Assembly: GCA_043228905.1 (NCBI GenBank)
Contig: JBHGNT010000016.1
Location: 14,570,001 to 14,634,000, forward strand
Length of the DNA stretch: 64,000 nt
Reading direction: 5' to 3'
From: Azolla caroliniana
Taxonomy: Eukaryota > Plantae > Polypodiophyta
Of the stretch, positions 1 to 13,248 are shown piece after piece. The notes under the pieces were generated by a model. That model ran no database searches. It was not told the DNA's origin and saw only the letters and a program-made list of their open reading frames with translations. Numbering within the stretch: position 1 is the stretch's first letter; every line of letters starts with the position of its first letter. The position numbers were made by a program, and so were the translations under genes.

Positions 1-2088
1 AACCGAATATCTTGACATGAGATAGATCCGGTTTTTTCCCATAGAACTTTTCACAGGGGGTAACTTCGTGCACTCCTGATGTTGTGCAACAATTCCTCAT
101 ATAAACGGCCATATTCGCCGCTTTGGCCCAATATGACTTTGGCAGATGTTTCTTATTCATCATTGCCCTTGCCAACTCAAGTATGTGCCGATTCTTGCGT
201 TTGGCTACTCCGTTCTGCTGAGGTGTGTGTCGGTAGGTTATCTCCCGCCGAATTCCTTCTTGTCGAAGGTATGTTGTAAAGGTGTCGGAGAAGGACTCCT
301 TGCCGCCATCCGATCGAAGACATCGGTCATGCCGACCAGTTGCCTTTTCAACTTCATTTTTGAACCTTTGGAAATGTCCGAACACTTCACTCTTCTGCTG
401 CATAGGGTAGATCGAGGTATGTCTTGAGAAGTCGTCGATGAACGTTACGTAGTACCGGCAACCACTGAATGTTGCCATCTAGGCTGGTCCCCATACGTCT
501 GAATGTATTACATCTAGGATCCCTTTGCTTGTGTTCCTCTCCTTTGGGAACGATTGTCGCTGTTGTTTGCTGAATTGAGAAGCTTCACATACGCTTGCAA
601 TTTCCTTTTCGGTGAAAGTCGGGAATCCGGTGACAACTCCTTTCGATTACATTCCCTTAAGCTTTTGGAGATTGATGTGGCCTATCCTCTTGTGCCACAA
701 CTCTATGTTGGCATCGGCTCTCTAGCCCTTGGCAGACATTGCCGAGTTCATCCCGTGAGAGTCGAGGATGAACATCAGACCTTCTCTCCGGCCGCGAGTG
801 ATAAATCGACCTTCTTTTTCAATGAAGCAACCTACATTGTTGAAGCAAACTTGCATGCCTTGGTCGACTATCTAGCTATCTGAGACCAAGTTCTTTGTTA
901 TTGTAGGAACATGTAGAACGTTCTTGATGTATGTTTGATTGCCTTCTTCCCCAAATGGGACATTGTTGATATGCTGAATGGGGTGAATTGTGTCATTTCC
1001 AGTTTCCACATAGCCAAGTCGTTTGGTCTTTCGTAGCTCCTTGAACCAATCCTCGTGGGATTTCATGTGGTTCGATGCGCCTAAGTCGACAAACCGTACA
1101 TCTTCTGGTTTGCAGGTGTTGGTTAACTTTGAGGCTGTCATCAAGTGCGCTCTGTGCCTCATCACAAACATTTCACCACAATTGTCGTAGTCAGAGTTGG
1201 AGGCGTAGTTTGTGAGTTGTCGACTTGTGGAGGCTGACTCACTCTTCTTTTTCCGACACTCTGTCTCATAGTGGCCGAATTTACCACAGTATCCACACTA
1301 AGAGAGATTGTTTTGTCGGTTGGGTCCGACCTGATTACTCCCCCTTCTTCCGGATGCTCCGCCTCGTGCGTTCGAGACGTATTGTCGGTAATAGAAGTTG
1401 TGTTCTCGGGGTTGCTCTTGGTTGTGTTGGCCTTGGCCAAATCGGCCTCTTCTTCCTCAACCTTGTCCTCTTCCTCCATCGAAGTTCGAATAGATTATTT
1501 GTCCTTCTTGGACATTGTTTTTTGTTCGAAAATGATTCTCCTCAAGCCACAACATCGATTGGAGACCAAAGAAGGAGGGAGGATTCTCCCTCGCGAGGAC
1601 AGCCGACCGGATGGCCTTGAACCGAGGTTCTAAGCCTCCGAGGCAAATCTGCACCATTTCATCATCGTCAATGCTACATTGATCGACCCAAGGGCATTGC
1701 ACAACTCCTTGATCTTCAAGGTGTAGTTGTCGATTGACATGTCCCTCTATTGTATACCGTTCAACTCTTGACAAAGTTGAAGCTTTCTTGCGGTCGTGTT
1801 GGCCGCGAAAATCTTCTTGAGGTTCCCCCACGCCTCCTTCGGCGTTTTGGCCTCTCGAAGGTGGTCGAGCATGTGATCATGGACGCATGATGCAAGGCAG
1901 TACAACACATGAATCGACACTTGCTCCCAAGCTGGGTAGTCGGCATGTGTTGGGTTGGGTTGATTCTCGTTTGCCCCTTCGACATAACTCCAATAGCCTT
2001 GGCTGACAAGGTATTGGTGCATCTTGTACTCCCAAGATGCAAAGTAAGTGTTTATGTCGAGCTTTTCGGTAGGAAAAGCGCTTCCCAT
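1..2088 (-). pseudogene. Degenerate Ty1/Copia gag-protease-integrase, running off the window start
   Basis: Gag start MGSAFPTEKLD..ASWEYKMHQYL; CX2CX4HX4C-like knuckle; protease FVDLGASNHM; GAG-pre-integrase (LWHKRIGH) and rve (HSDVWG) read on the minus strand; several stops and frameshifts. Confidence 0.9.
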
Positions 2089-2236
2089 TTGTTGTTCATG
2101 TTGAGCTTCTTCTTCTTCTTCTTCTTCTTGATGCGAATTGTACAGATGCCTGCTACAATGATCAGTCAATTCTTGTCAAACACAGAATCGGGCACAACAC
2201 ACGCAGAGACGATGGGCTTTGATCAACCAACCACAC

Positions 2237-2248
2237 GCTCTGATACCA
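2237..2248 (-). promoter_or_regulatory. PBS complementary to tRNA-iMet
   Basis: gctctgatacca is the reverse complement of TGGTATCAGAGC and abuts the LTR end. Confidence 0.9.
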
Positions 2249-2571
2249 TGTAAACAATCGAATAGATTTTGTGCAGTGGAGAGAGAGAGAGAGAGTGCTC
2301 ACTATTACAGAAAAAAAAGAGAACCGTATTACAAAGGAAGCAAGAAGTACCAACAGTTACAAAGAGAGGGAGAAGGTACTTATGTAGTCACCTTCTCTTA
2401 CTAAAACCGCTTCTTGGGAAAGAGGTCGTGTCTTAATTACTTAAAGAATATGTGTCATAGGACATTAACTTCTATGACACACTAGTTACTATACAAGGAG
2501 GTGGGTGTTCACACACTTGAGTGTCCTAGAGTGTGTTCCCACTCATGAGAAGTTGAGTTTGATTCTCAACA
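2249..2571 (-). mobile_element. 5' LTR of the first Copia
   Basis: TG...CA bounded (minus strand TGTTGAG...TTTACA), directly upstream of the PBS; outer boundary inferred from the TGTTG start. Confidence 0.7.
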
Positions 2572-2599
2572 TTTAGTATGTGTTGAAGTTGTCGATGCT

Positions 2600-4000
2600 T
2601 GTTTTTCTCTTTCATCTATGGTACCCTCCATTTCTCCTACTATGTTAATTGTTAATTCCAACCCACTTTCTTCACTTGCCATATCTTTGTGATCCATGTT
2701 TGCTTGTTCCTCTATGTCAGTGTTGTCTAAAATTATGTAGGGCTCCCTTTCACTTCGCTTCTTGAAAGTCTTCACCCGTTTCCCGACTATAGGAATTCGT
2801 TGTACTGTTCCATCCAGCTCACATAATCGGTAAGTTCCATTGTTGAATACCTTTTGAACTTCGTATGGTCGAAACCACCTTTAAGCGAATTTCCATATCG
2901 AACAGTGTTGATGATCCAAATTGTTGTCGTAGTCTATCACCCAATTTTCTTCTTCGATCTTCTGTGGTCGTAGGCAGTGCTTTTTTCCGAATCGATGGTT
3001 GCTCGGGAATCGCACTTCCTGTTGTCATCGTACTGCATCCGCAACGTCCTCTAGTCTTCCTTCTAGTTGTCGTATCTGAACCGCTAGCAATTCTTCTCGA
3101 CTCATCTCTTCCTTCCATGGTAGCACCGTCCATGTCTCAATTGTGGTTTCCGTAGGCATTACTAGTGCTTCCCCGGTCATAAGTTCTCCTGGCATGTAAC
3201 TACTGGTCACAGAACTATGCATTGTGCGATCCACCCATAGAGCATATGGAAGCATTTGCGGCCAGATCTTCATCCTTCTGTCGCATGCTTTTGCCAGTGC
3301 TTTTTCAATTGGACTATGTCCTCACTCAATGTTCCCGTTGACTATGTCGTGGTTAGTGTCAACCATACTCCATGTTTAGCGAAGAAAGCCCTAGCTTTAT
3401 CGGACTCAAGTTATCCTCGATCCACAATTACTTGTCCTACACACATGTACCTATAGAACACTTCTTCCAAGAGAAATTGGCATACTGTAGAACATGTTTT
3501 CCTCCGTAGTGCCCAACCTTCTACTTGGTTCGCTAGATCCTCCCGAGCTAGCACCAAGTACTTCTTTTGTCCGATCCCGGGGAGCATGGCCATGATGTCG
3601 ACCATCCATTTGAAGTTGATTGTCGGTTAGAATGTCGGATGTAGTTCATCCTGGTGTTGAACTCCGGAGTAGATTTGACATTTCCCCCAGATTTCTATGT
3701 ACTTTGCTACGTCCTTGTACATATTTTTCCACTAATATTTTTGCTTGATCTTTGCAAATATTGCTTACATTCTCTGATGTCCAGCCCAATACGATTCATG
3801 AAATTCAAATATTATTTGTTTATGTTGTTCCTTTGTGCCAACTACCCGTAGTGGTATACCATTTTATCTTTGTGGCTCCCTCCAAATTAATCCATTGTTG
3901 AGGAAGAACTTTTGGACTTGTTGTTTCTTTTTCCAGATCTTGGCTCTCTTTTCTTTATTATCCGATGATTTCTCAATCTCTTGTAGCGTTCTTCTGATCA
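2600..4000 (-). pseudogene. Degenerate Ty3/Gypsy integrase fragment
   Basis: ORF pieces VDIMAM..KKYLVLAREDLANQVEG..GQVIVDRG (D..D core) and WPQMLPYALWVDRT..TSSYMPGELMTG; H2C2-like region upstream. Confidence 0.75.
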
Positions 4001-4514
4001 ACACGCTTTCTCCTTCGTATTCGGTCGCATCATCCATGCACCATCACTTCTCATCTAAATACTCCTCATGTAGTTGACATAAGGCGTATATGCTATTGTA
4101 ATCTACGGGGCACTCCCATCCCGTAACTTCCCAGATGTCATTTGTTGTGCTCCAGATTTTGTCAGAGTCGATTTTTATTAAGATTTCTAGCACTTCTAGT
4201 AAGAAAGATTCCTTCGCTCTAGATGTCTCACCTAGATGTATTCCTACGGTTGTTGCGTAATTGCATTTTGCCATTATCTCCTCCTCCAACAAGAGCAGGA
4301 ACAAAGGAACAGAAGTGGTGCTGACAATAGTTTCGGACCCTCCACAAGCAGGGGGAGTCAAGGCAGCGACGGATCGTTAGTATTGTGGCCAAAAGGGGCA
4401 TAGAGAGAGAGAGTGTTGGAGAAAGCAGGTTGATTAAAAAAAGAACAGATCGTGCCAAGATGATGTAGCTAGGCGTCACAGATTGCACTTTGGCAAGGAA
4501 AGGCTGTGACAAAT

Positions 4515-5923
4515 TGTTGTGCGAGCAAGCTCAACATGATCTGGATTGACTGAATAAGCCAAGAGTTGGATTGGTGTTCGGAATGAAGAGCTGGATTAGT
4601 GTCCAGATCTGAGTGCAACTGGTAGGCCATTAGAGGCCTACAATCCTAGCCTAGTACGTAGGCATATTTTCAGTAGTCACTGTCAGTCGCTCATTCGAGC
4701 ATTGAAGTACTCGTCAGTACTTCTGTCAGTCCTTTTAAGGACTTGTATAAGAGTGCTCTTTGAGCACGTTGTATGTACAAAGTATTGAGTTTCTTTTGAA
4801 TTAAGGTTTTGTTGTTTGCTCTCTCTGTCTCTCTCTCACCAACTCTTCATATTCCATTCCATGTGTTTTCTGTTGCTATCCAGTCGAGCCGGTTTAGGTT
4901 TGTTTAGTTTTTGCATATTCATCTTTACATGGTAATGGAGTGCGAGGGTTAGAACATCCTCTACCGCCAACAAGAGCCTTCAACACAAACAAAAACCTAA
5001 CACCCAGTAAGAACAGACAAGAAGAGAAATGGACAAAGGTATGGGAAGCTCGACAGAAACAACTATGCATCTTGGACATACAAGTTGCACTAATACTTGT
5101 TGGGACATGGATATTGGAGTTATGTCGAACGAGTAAATGATGCAGCACCGGATTCGACACAGGGTTTTCCAGCATGGCAACAATCGACAAGTTGAGTTCT
5201 CTACTGCTTTGCATCCAGTGTCAGTGATCAGCTATTGAGCTACATCAAGGATGCCAAGATACCAAAGAAGATTTTCGCCACGAGCACCACAACCAGAAAG
5301 TATCAGCTCAGGCAAGAGCTAAGCAACGTCCAACAATGAGGCATGTCAGTGGCATATTATACCACTCGGATCAAAGACATCTACGACTCTCTCGCCTCCA
5401 TCAATGTAACCATTGAGGAGGAAGAAATGGTGCAGGTATATCTTAGAGGATTGGTGTAGAAGTTTAGATCATTCCGGACGACGGTTTGCACGAGGGAGAA
5501 TATTCCGTCACTCTTCGAGTTGCAATTGATGCTTCTCATTGAAGAGAACCACGCAAGTGCGATGACGAGTATGCACACGGACAACAAGATGTTGTACACA
5601 GAGGAAGATAGACCCCATGGTTGGACGAGGTGGGTCAACACGCAATGGAGGTGGATGACAGGAGCAAAACCGAAGGCATAATTGAAATGCCGACAACAAT
5701 TCTAGACCCTCTAGAAACAAGGGGGAGTCAAGCGGTGCTGGAAACCAGCAACCCAAGCTTGACACGGAATGTTGGTATTGTGGCAAGAAAGTGTTGTAAG
5801 CGCAACGATTCAGACAAATCCGGATCTGGCAAGGACGAACACGGAAATCGGTAGCAGTTGCACTACGTTGAAGGAATGGAAAGGATCCAGAACCGGAAAG
5901 ACCAAAAAAAGGGTCAACCTTTG
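4515..5923 (+). mobile_element. Truncated Copia: 5' LTR (4515-4929), decayed PBS (4930), gag remnant
   Basis: TGTTG...TTTACA then TGGTAATGGAG; gag homologous to the element at 1-2088 (LDRNNYASWTYKL..YLVGHGYWSYVE). Confidence 0.7.
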
Positions 5924-7165
5924 TGTTGAGTGGACAAGCTCAATGGGATTTGGATCAGTTGAGTAAGCAAGGGCCGGATCGGTATCCGGAGCGGAGAACT
6001 AGATAGGTACCCAGATAGATCGATATCTGGAACCTTGAGCCGGACTGTACTCCGAGATAGTGAGAACCGGTAGGCCATTGGAGCCTATGGTCCTAGCCTA
6101 GTACATAGGCATATGTCTTGGAGTCAGTGTCAGTCACTCGTATGAGCATTGAAGTACATGTCAGTACTTATGTCAGTCCTTTAAGGACTTGTATAAAAGT
6201 GTTCAAAGAGCACCTTGTATGTATAGAGTTGTTGGGAAACATGTCCCTCCGGATGGGAAGAGAAGTACCGTGTTGGCGAGTATGTCAATCGAGGCCAAAA
6301 CTGAAATCGAAATCGTAATCGAAAACCAAAATCGTTTCAGAAGACTATAATTGTATATAGTCTAAAATACCCTTGTGGGCTATACTTGTAAATAGCCAGT
6401 AAGCTGCTTTTGTTTATAAGCAACTAGGGCAAACTTTATAGAAAAGAGTGTAGTTGATCATTATTGTAAAGTTGGGACGAGGTAGTTGTCTTTGTAATCG
6501 TGAGAGAGAGAGAGAGAGAGAGTGAGAGTGTAACTCTGTAGTCGTTTGTTAGATGAAGCAGAACTCGAGGTCGTTGCCTCCGAGTTCCGTATATGTACTT
6601 CCTCTCTACTATAGTGATTTGTTTTTCTCGGCGTTGGTGGACCCCCGTGGTTTTTCCCATTTCGGGTTTTCCATGTAAAACATCGATGTCTTTGTGTCTT
6701 CATGTTTTTCTATCTGCGTACTAGTTCTAGATTTCTGCACACGAATACGAATGTGAAACTAGTTGGGGTCGGTCGATTCCTACAAAACTGTTATTATTTT
6801 GAATTGAGTTCATGCTCTTCTGCTCTCTTTGTCTCTCCCGTGTACCGTGTATTCTTAAGTTTCCATTAAACCTTCATTTTTGTTTTACTGTTGTTATCTG
6901 GCCGAGCCGGTTTATCTGCTTCTGCATATTAACTTTTACATGGTATCAGAGCGTGAGGGTTGAGAACCTCTGCTGCCGAAAATTGCTCGAAACGGACAAA
7001 CCCTAATCACCGGTAAGGAACAAAAGGAAGATATGGACTAAAGCAGGGTGAGGTCGCTTCCCACAGAAAACCTCGACCGGAGCAACTATGTGTCCTGCTC
7101 GTATAAAATGCACTAGTACCTGCTGGGGCATGAATATTGGAGCTATGTGGAAGGAGCAAATGTAG
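5924..7165 (+). mobile_element. Truncated Copia: 5' LTR (5924-6940, interrupted), PBS-Met 6941-6952, start of gag
   Basis: LTR homologous to 4515-4929; TGGTATCAGAGC; gag FPTENLDRSNYVSCSYKMH..YWSYVEGAN broken at 7166. Confidence 0.75.
6230..6784 (+). mobile_element. Probable solo LTR inserted in the 5924 LTR
   Basis: TGTTGGG...CTACA; the host LTR sequence resumes after it; related to the minus-strand LTR starting at 57679; TSD is degenerate. Confidence 0.55.
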
Positions 7166-8822
7166 TGTTGGGGAACAAGTCCATCTAAGTGGGATTTGGA
7201 TGAGAACCAGACGAGACGGATCAGATGAGCCGAAGGAAGGAACCGGATCAAATGGATCCAGAAGGAGTTCGCCCGAACCTGGTATGAGCCAACAAATAGG
7301 AACATATTAGTAAATAGTCCAAAAGTTATATAAGTATAAACATAACTAGGGCAACATTGTTATGAGTAGTTATCATCATTATTGTTGTACAGAGTGAGAG
7401 AGAGAGAGAAACTAAATCAGTTTCTGCTATAACCGCCTGAAGGCGAAGATACAGAGCTCGAGGTCGTTGCCTCTGAGTCTTATTTTGTTGTGCCCCTCCT
7501 CTATAGTGATCTTGTTCGGAGTTAGAGAATTCCCGTGGTTTTCCCCGATTAGGGTTTCCACGTTAATATCATGTGTCGACCCATTTCGACTTTAAGTACA
7601 TTAATCTTTATTTCTGTTCTATTTCTTCCACTGTGATTGAGACTTGGTTGTGGCCAAGCACTATTTACGACAATCTGGTATCAGAGCGAAGTTCTAAACT
7701 TCAAGCAAAGAAAGAAGATGGAAGAGTCATTAGGTAGCATGTTCAAGCTCACCGGCTCCACCTACCCAGTCTGGAAGTCGAAGATGAGGGACATATTAGT
7801 GGTAAAAGATCTCTGGCTGCCGGTACAGTTTGGGGACAAAATACCAGACAAGATGGATGCCACGACCTGAGAAGTAATGCAGATGAAGATGACGGCATAC
7901 ATTCGATGCTTCATCGACATGAGCCTATACAATAACTTTAATGAAGAGAACCAAGCCAATGAGCTTTGGGAGAAGATTTTGGAAAGGAGAGGAATGTTGG
8001 CAATCATGACAACTGAAGAAGAGTTGTTGCTGCACCGAGGAGAGTGAGCTGCATCTTGTTAGCGACGAAATGACGTGGGTGGTCGACTTTGGCGCGTTGT
8101 TCCATCTAACCCCCGAACAGAAGTGTTTCTCATCTTACAAAGCCGGAGATCACGATTGTGTCTGGATGGGGAATGAAGGTGCGTGCTGAATTGTTGGCAT
8201 AGGAGATGTGTTGGTGATGACGTCAACGGGGTGCAAGTTGTTGAAAGATTTCTTACGCGTTCTAGAGGTTCAGTTGAACCTGATATCGGCCGGTCGGCTA
8301 GATGATGAAGGTTACATGGGTAGCATCTGCAATGGAGTCACGAAGTTCAACAAAGGAAGCCTTATCGTGGACCGAGCTCGGAAGATCAACATGTTGTCGT
8401 GAAGATTCACAGCCATAGTGAGAAAACCGGGGCTATTAGGAATATCAGCGGGGTGCGGTGTGAGCACTCCCCCTTGTATAAACATGTAAGATAATGGGAT
8501 ACCTTTATGGCGCCTGTTAGCTCGGTTGAGAGCTCGTACGTCCTAGGGGGTTTCACTTCTGCGTTGTCTCCTGTGCAAGACCCCACTCGGCACGACGAGC
8601 TCGCAAGCTCCTTGACCTATGGCTTGGCAACTGACCGCTGCTGTAACCTAATCTACCTCAGTCTGGCTCAAATCTGGAGTTGTATCTCACTCTTGTATAT
8701 ATATATATATATCTGTGTGTGTGTGTGTGTGAGGTTCTATGCATTTGTGTCGATGTCAGTGTCTTTGGAGATCTTTCTTTCCGTTTCTCTACATAAGTAG
8801 TGTGTTGAGTCTGTGTTGCACG

Positions 8823-8881
<59 letters not shown>

Positions 8882-9025
8882 CTCTGTTCGGTAGCCTTCG
8901 GTACACATCCGGAATCGCCCCGGTCTATGCCACAGTCAGCGCAACCGGGAACAAAGAGAGTCAGTCTCCCAATATAATATCTCTCTCATCCGAGACCCCC
9001 ATGGTCCTGCCTCTTTTCAACACGT

Positions 9026-9675
9026 TGTCGTGAAGAAAACCGTCCCTTAGCGCAATCGGTGCATAGTGCGCATGAACCGGCTCTTCACGCGTGCGTGCCC
9101 TTTAATGTATATAATAGAGAATTAGGTACAAAGGTATATCCTAGGTAGTTAGATTCGGTAGGTAGGAAGTTAATGAGGGAAACGGCTCCCTTCTTGAAGC
9201 TATAAAAGAGAGGGAGACGCGGGGAGAGGGGATCGCGCATTGAGGAGGATGAAGTGCTGTCGGACCGAAACCGAACGCTTCTCCTCTGTTCGTTCTCCAT
9301 CGCTCTTCTCTGTAGGTTTTCGGGAGGCTCGCGCTGCTTCGAGGAACGCCCGTGTGCTTCCGGCAGCACCTCCATCCTATCCACTTTTCGTGCGCAGACG
9401 AGGAGGCATCAACATCTGTTCGCCGGCCTGTTCGGTTGTAACTGCTTGCGTGCTCTGTTGTTTATTTGTCATTGGTTAATATACAAACATTCGTGTCTCT
9501 CTGTCTCTGTGTCCATTCGTGTCTTCCGCGTTGACGGGTCGTGTTCCTGTGTTTCTTTGCTCATACGTAACCGGGCGTCTCTCTCTTTCTCTTTCCCCTT
9601 CTACCACCTGCTCTTCGGTTCAAGACCCCGGTGGTCCCGCCTCGTTTCTCCACGCACGCGCGTAGTAACGCGACA
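9026..9675 (+). mobile_element. Solo LTR E of the TGTCG..CGACA clade, inside the 5' LTR of D
   Basis: TSD ACGT on both sides; TATAAAA at 9201; U5 end resembles that of A/B (AGACCCC..GGTCCCGCC..CACGCACGCGCGTA). Confidence 0.9.
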
Positions 9676-9703
9676 ACGTACTCGCGGATTACCGCGACAT
9701 ATT

Positions 9704-9721
9704 TGGTGAACCCGACGTGAA
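9704..9721 (+). promoter_or_regulatory. PBS complementary to tRNA-Trp(CCA), element D
   Basis: TGGTGAACCCGACGTGAA matches the recalled 3' end of plant cytosolic tRNA-Trp (...TTCACGTCGGGTTCA-CCA); 4 nt after the LTR. Confidence 0.8.
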
Positions 9722-10071
9722 AGGACGACAAGGGAGGATGGAGTTGGAAGACGAAGACTTCGTAGAGATGGTGGCCGAAGTGGTGATGGAGTTCGGATGA
9801 GTGACGATGAGACAAGAAGTGGCGCATCAAGCTATTGAGCGAGTGGTCGAAAGAGTGGACAGAGTCACATTCTACTTGGAAGCCTACAACGCAGAAATGG
9901 AGGTGCGAGGCGTAGATGAGGCATTGAGGCTAGAGTTCTTCTGTCGGGTTGTCGCCGTCCATATGCACACGGAGAGTAAAGGAGCTCTGAGAAGCTCATA
10001 GTTCGTGGGAGGCCTTTGAAGAGGCGCTCCTGCAAGCATACGGAGGACGGCCGAAGAGCCGGGGACAGTGC

Positions 10072-10854
10072 TGTCGCGGAATTCCGCGGGGGTCTTGGAC
10101 TAGGGAGTAGAGGGGGAATGGGAGCTTAACCTTCGACCTTTGAGCTCAAGAGGAAAGGAGAAAGAATAAGAGGTTAGGATGGTAGAGAAAATAGAGACAA
10201 GATACATCAACAAACTATATTAAGAATCCACTATACGATTACAACCATGGCCGCGTAAGCCAAATCAAAATCCTAGAGGAAACCCTAACCGAATAGGTAA
10301 AGAAGAAGAAGAAGAAGAAGAAGAAGAAAAAGAATGAAACCCTAAAACGAGATCCTAAAACCCCAAACCCTAAAACGAAATAGGGATCATTAAAACCCTA
10401 ATGGTCTACCCCGAAACAACAAAATGGCGACTCCCCAATGAAAACCCCAAATGTGGAAGCCCCTCCTCACTCGAAATAGGCGACCCCTTCACAAGAGACC
10501 CCTCACTCCCTTTTATAGTAGTAAGGGGTGAGGCATATTACAAAAGGAGAGGTCAAATCCCCTTCTTTCAATCGGGAATATTTTTCCTTGATGTTAAATC
10601 GATGGGCCTTTAACTCTCTCCTCTCACATTCACACTCAATGCCCACTACTCCCTACACCCATTCTTCATGTACTTTCCTCTAGTCTACAAACTGCACATC
10701 ACATTTACACCCCACACTTTACTTTTCCTTCTTACATTTTTCTATTTACTCCTATGTTACAATTTTCCCATATATATATGTGCAATGTTGCACATCTCGT
10801 TTTCTTCGTTCCGCTCGAGTTTTCTTCGTTCCATGGCCGAAAATCCTGACGATA
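10072..10854 (-). mobile_element. Solo LTR F in the gag of D
   Basis: TGTCGCGG left end and GACGATA (decayed GACA) right end; flanks GTGC/GCAC are both derivable from GCGC; D gag resumes afterwards; contains AAACCCTA telo-boxes and (GAA)n. Confidence 0.75.
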
Positions 10855-12070
10855 GCACGATTTCGACCAGTGGGTTGCATCGGCGAAGACCCACCGGGGC
10901 GCAACGAAGGCATTCCAGGAGTTCAGGCGGCGCTTTACTCGGCTCCCAGAGCGGGAACAAAGACTGGTAGGGGTGGACAAAGTCCTGTTGTTTGTTAGGT
11001 TGATCATCCAAGCGGAATGGGAGGCTGTCGGAATTGAGCTCGAAGACGATGACGGAGCGAATTACCTTACTAAGGACCGGTCGGAAGGCGAAGACGATGA
11101 GGAGCGGTCTGCCAAAGGGCAAGGGAAGATAACGCGTGATGACGCATCATCACAACAAGAAGGACTGGGGAAGCTCGATGTCGAGGCCCTAGTTTGGGAA
11201 GCGTATGAGGCTATGAACACGATGGTCGAAGAGGAGGAGAGATCTGACACGCGGTCGAAGTTCAGAGACTCGAAGCTAGTTGGCCTTCTGGATAAGACGG
11301 ATGTGGCCCATGCAGAGGCCGGAGGACGGTACGACGGGAGAGGGTGTGGAGCAAGAAGCTCTCTCGACTTGTGGAGAAAGACCGGCCGAGGAGGTCAGAT
11401 TCAAACAGATAAGGATCGTAGGTTCGGAACGAGACCAACAATTTTGGGCACGATAGGCCGAAACTCCGGACATTGGAGAAGTAAAGATGGATGCGCGATT
11501 AAAGATGGATGCGGTGAAGAGCCCTCCACACCAATTCTGGAGACTTCAGCAGTCGAGCCCGAGTGCTGTCATGATATGGCAAGACTCGAACCCATGACCT
11601 TATGCTACATGGGTCAAGCGCTTGACCATTAGATTATACGTTGTAATACGTAAAATATTATTTTCATTTATGTTTTATTATTGAAAATTGATGTATATTC
11701 CAGATTTCTCTGGAACATTATAGAAACTTCAGGAGTATTCCTTAGAACACTATAAAAGGAGGCACAAGGCATTATTTCGAACCAAATCGGTTCAACGCTA
11801 GTCTTAAGCCTCCTAGTTACTGTACATTTTCTTCACATAATATATATCTTTTCTTATCATCACTCTCTCTCTCTCTCGATCTCTCTCTCCCTCCCTCTCC
11901 CTCCCTCTTTCCTTCTCTCGAGAGTTCTTCACCTCTCTTAGTACTAATACTTCTTTTAGTACTAAGTCCTTCTCTGTCTTAGTACTGTTCATGACAGTTT
12001 GAACCGATTTGCCCCACCTTCTGTCTCTCTCATTTCCTACTAATCTCTTATTCCTCTTTTCTTTCATCCC

Positions 12071-13222
12071 ATGGCCACTGTTAGCGCTGAAGAATATCAA
12101 TCTGTTTTCTCGGAATTTCAATGCTTGAAAGAGAAGTTCCATGCTTTGGAACAAGAAAACCAACGGTTGCTGGGGGATCTTCAGCGAATCTCCTTAGAAA
12201 AGCAGCAAACGCAACAACAACATGGGGAACTTGCGTTACACGTGCAACAACTCGAAGCAACCATCATAGCGATGCAACAACAAGGGCCCGGAACACAAGG
12301 GATTCATAAAGAACCCAAGATTGGCCTTCCCACGAAGTTCGATGGAACGCGATCGCAGTTTAGAGGGTTCCTTAACCAGGTACGATTAGTTATTCAAATG
12401 CATCCTTCCCGGTATCCCATCGATGCATCACGAGTGGGTTTAGTAGGCACTTTGTTAAGTGGCTCAGCGTTGGCATGGTTCGCTCCACTATTAGAAAAGG
12501 AATCTCCATTACTCAACAATTTTGAAGAGTTTCTAGGTGAGTTTAAAGCATGTTTCGAAGATACTGACAGCATCAGGACCGCAATCAATAAAATTCGGCG
12601 ATTACGCCAAGGTGACCGTCCAGCCTCCGCATACGTTGCAGATTTTCGCCTACTCGCCGTTGATATCCCTTGGGATGATCAAGCGTTGATGGAGCAATTC
12701 CGTTATGGTTTACGCAACGATGTCAAGGATTTACTCTTGACCTTCCCCGAAGAGCCAAAGTCCTTAACAGAAGCAATCAGTCGCGTGGTGAGATGTGACA
12801 ACCGCCTCTTTGAGCGACGTTCGGAACGACAGCTACAGATGCCGAGGGCAAGATCAGAGCCCACCTACGCCTCAGTGGTAACAAGACCTTTTCCGAGGGA
12901 GTCATATAATGTGCCTCCAGCGAATACTCCGACTCCGATGGAGATTGACACTACACGTTGTCGAGGGCCATTATCCGAAGAAGAAAAGCAGTGATGCCGT
13001 ACAAATCGACTATGTCTTTACTGCGGTGGACCAGGACATATTGCAATAAATTGCCCCCATAGGCCAAGAAGACAGGTAAACCAAATAGTCGTTAGTTCTA
13101 ATTGTACTAAACTTGAGCCTATTTCAGTAGGGATATCTGATAGTCCTAATAGTACTAATAGCCCAGATCTAGCGAACAAATTTGATGTCCTTAGTCAGTT
13201 AGAAGAAGAGTTAAACGACTAA
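12071..13222 (+). pseudogene. gag: Chromovirus gag (one in-frame TGA at 12992-12994, then a CCHC knuckle)
   Basis: KFDGTRSQFRGFL, LRQGDRPASAYVADF, TPMEID; CLYCGGPGHIAINC after the stop. Confidence 0.9.
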
Positions 13223-13248
13223 GTCTAGCCAAAATAGGAGCCGTTTGG

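Noticed and set aside
10200-10400. Interstitial telomere (AAACCCTA copies)
   Set aside because: Scattered telo-box motifs inside LTR F, also seen in the A/D LTRs; not a tandem telomeric array
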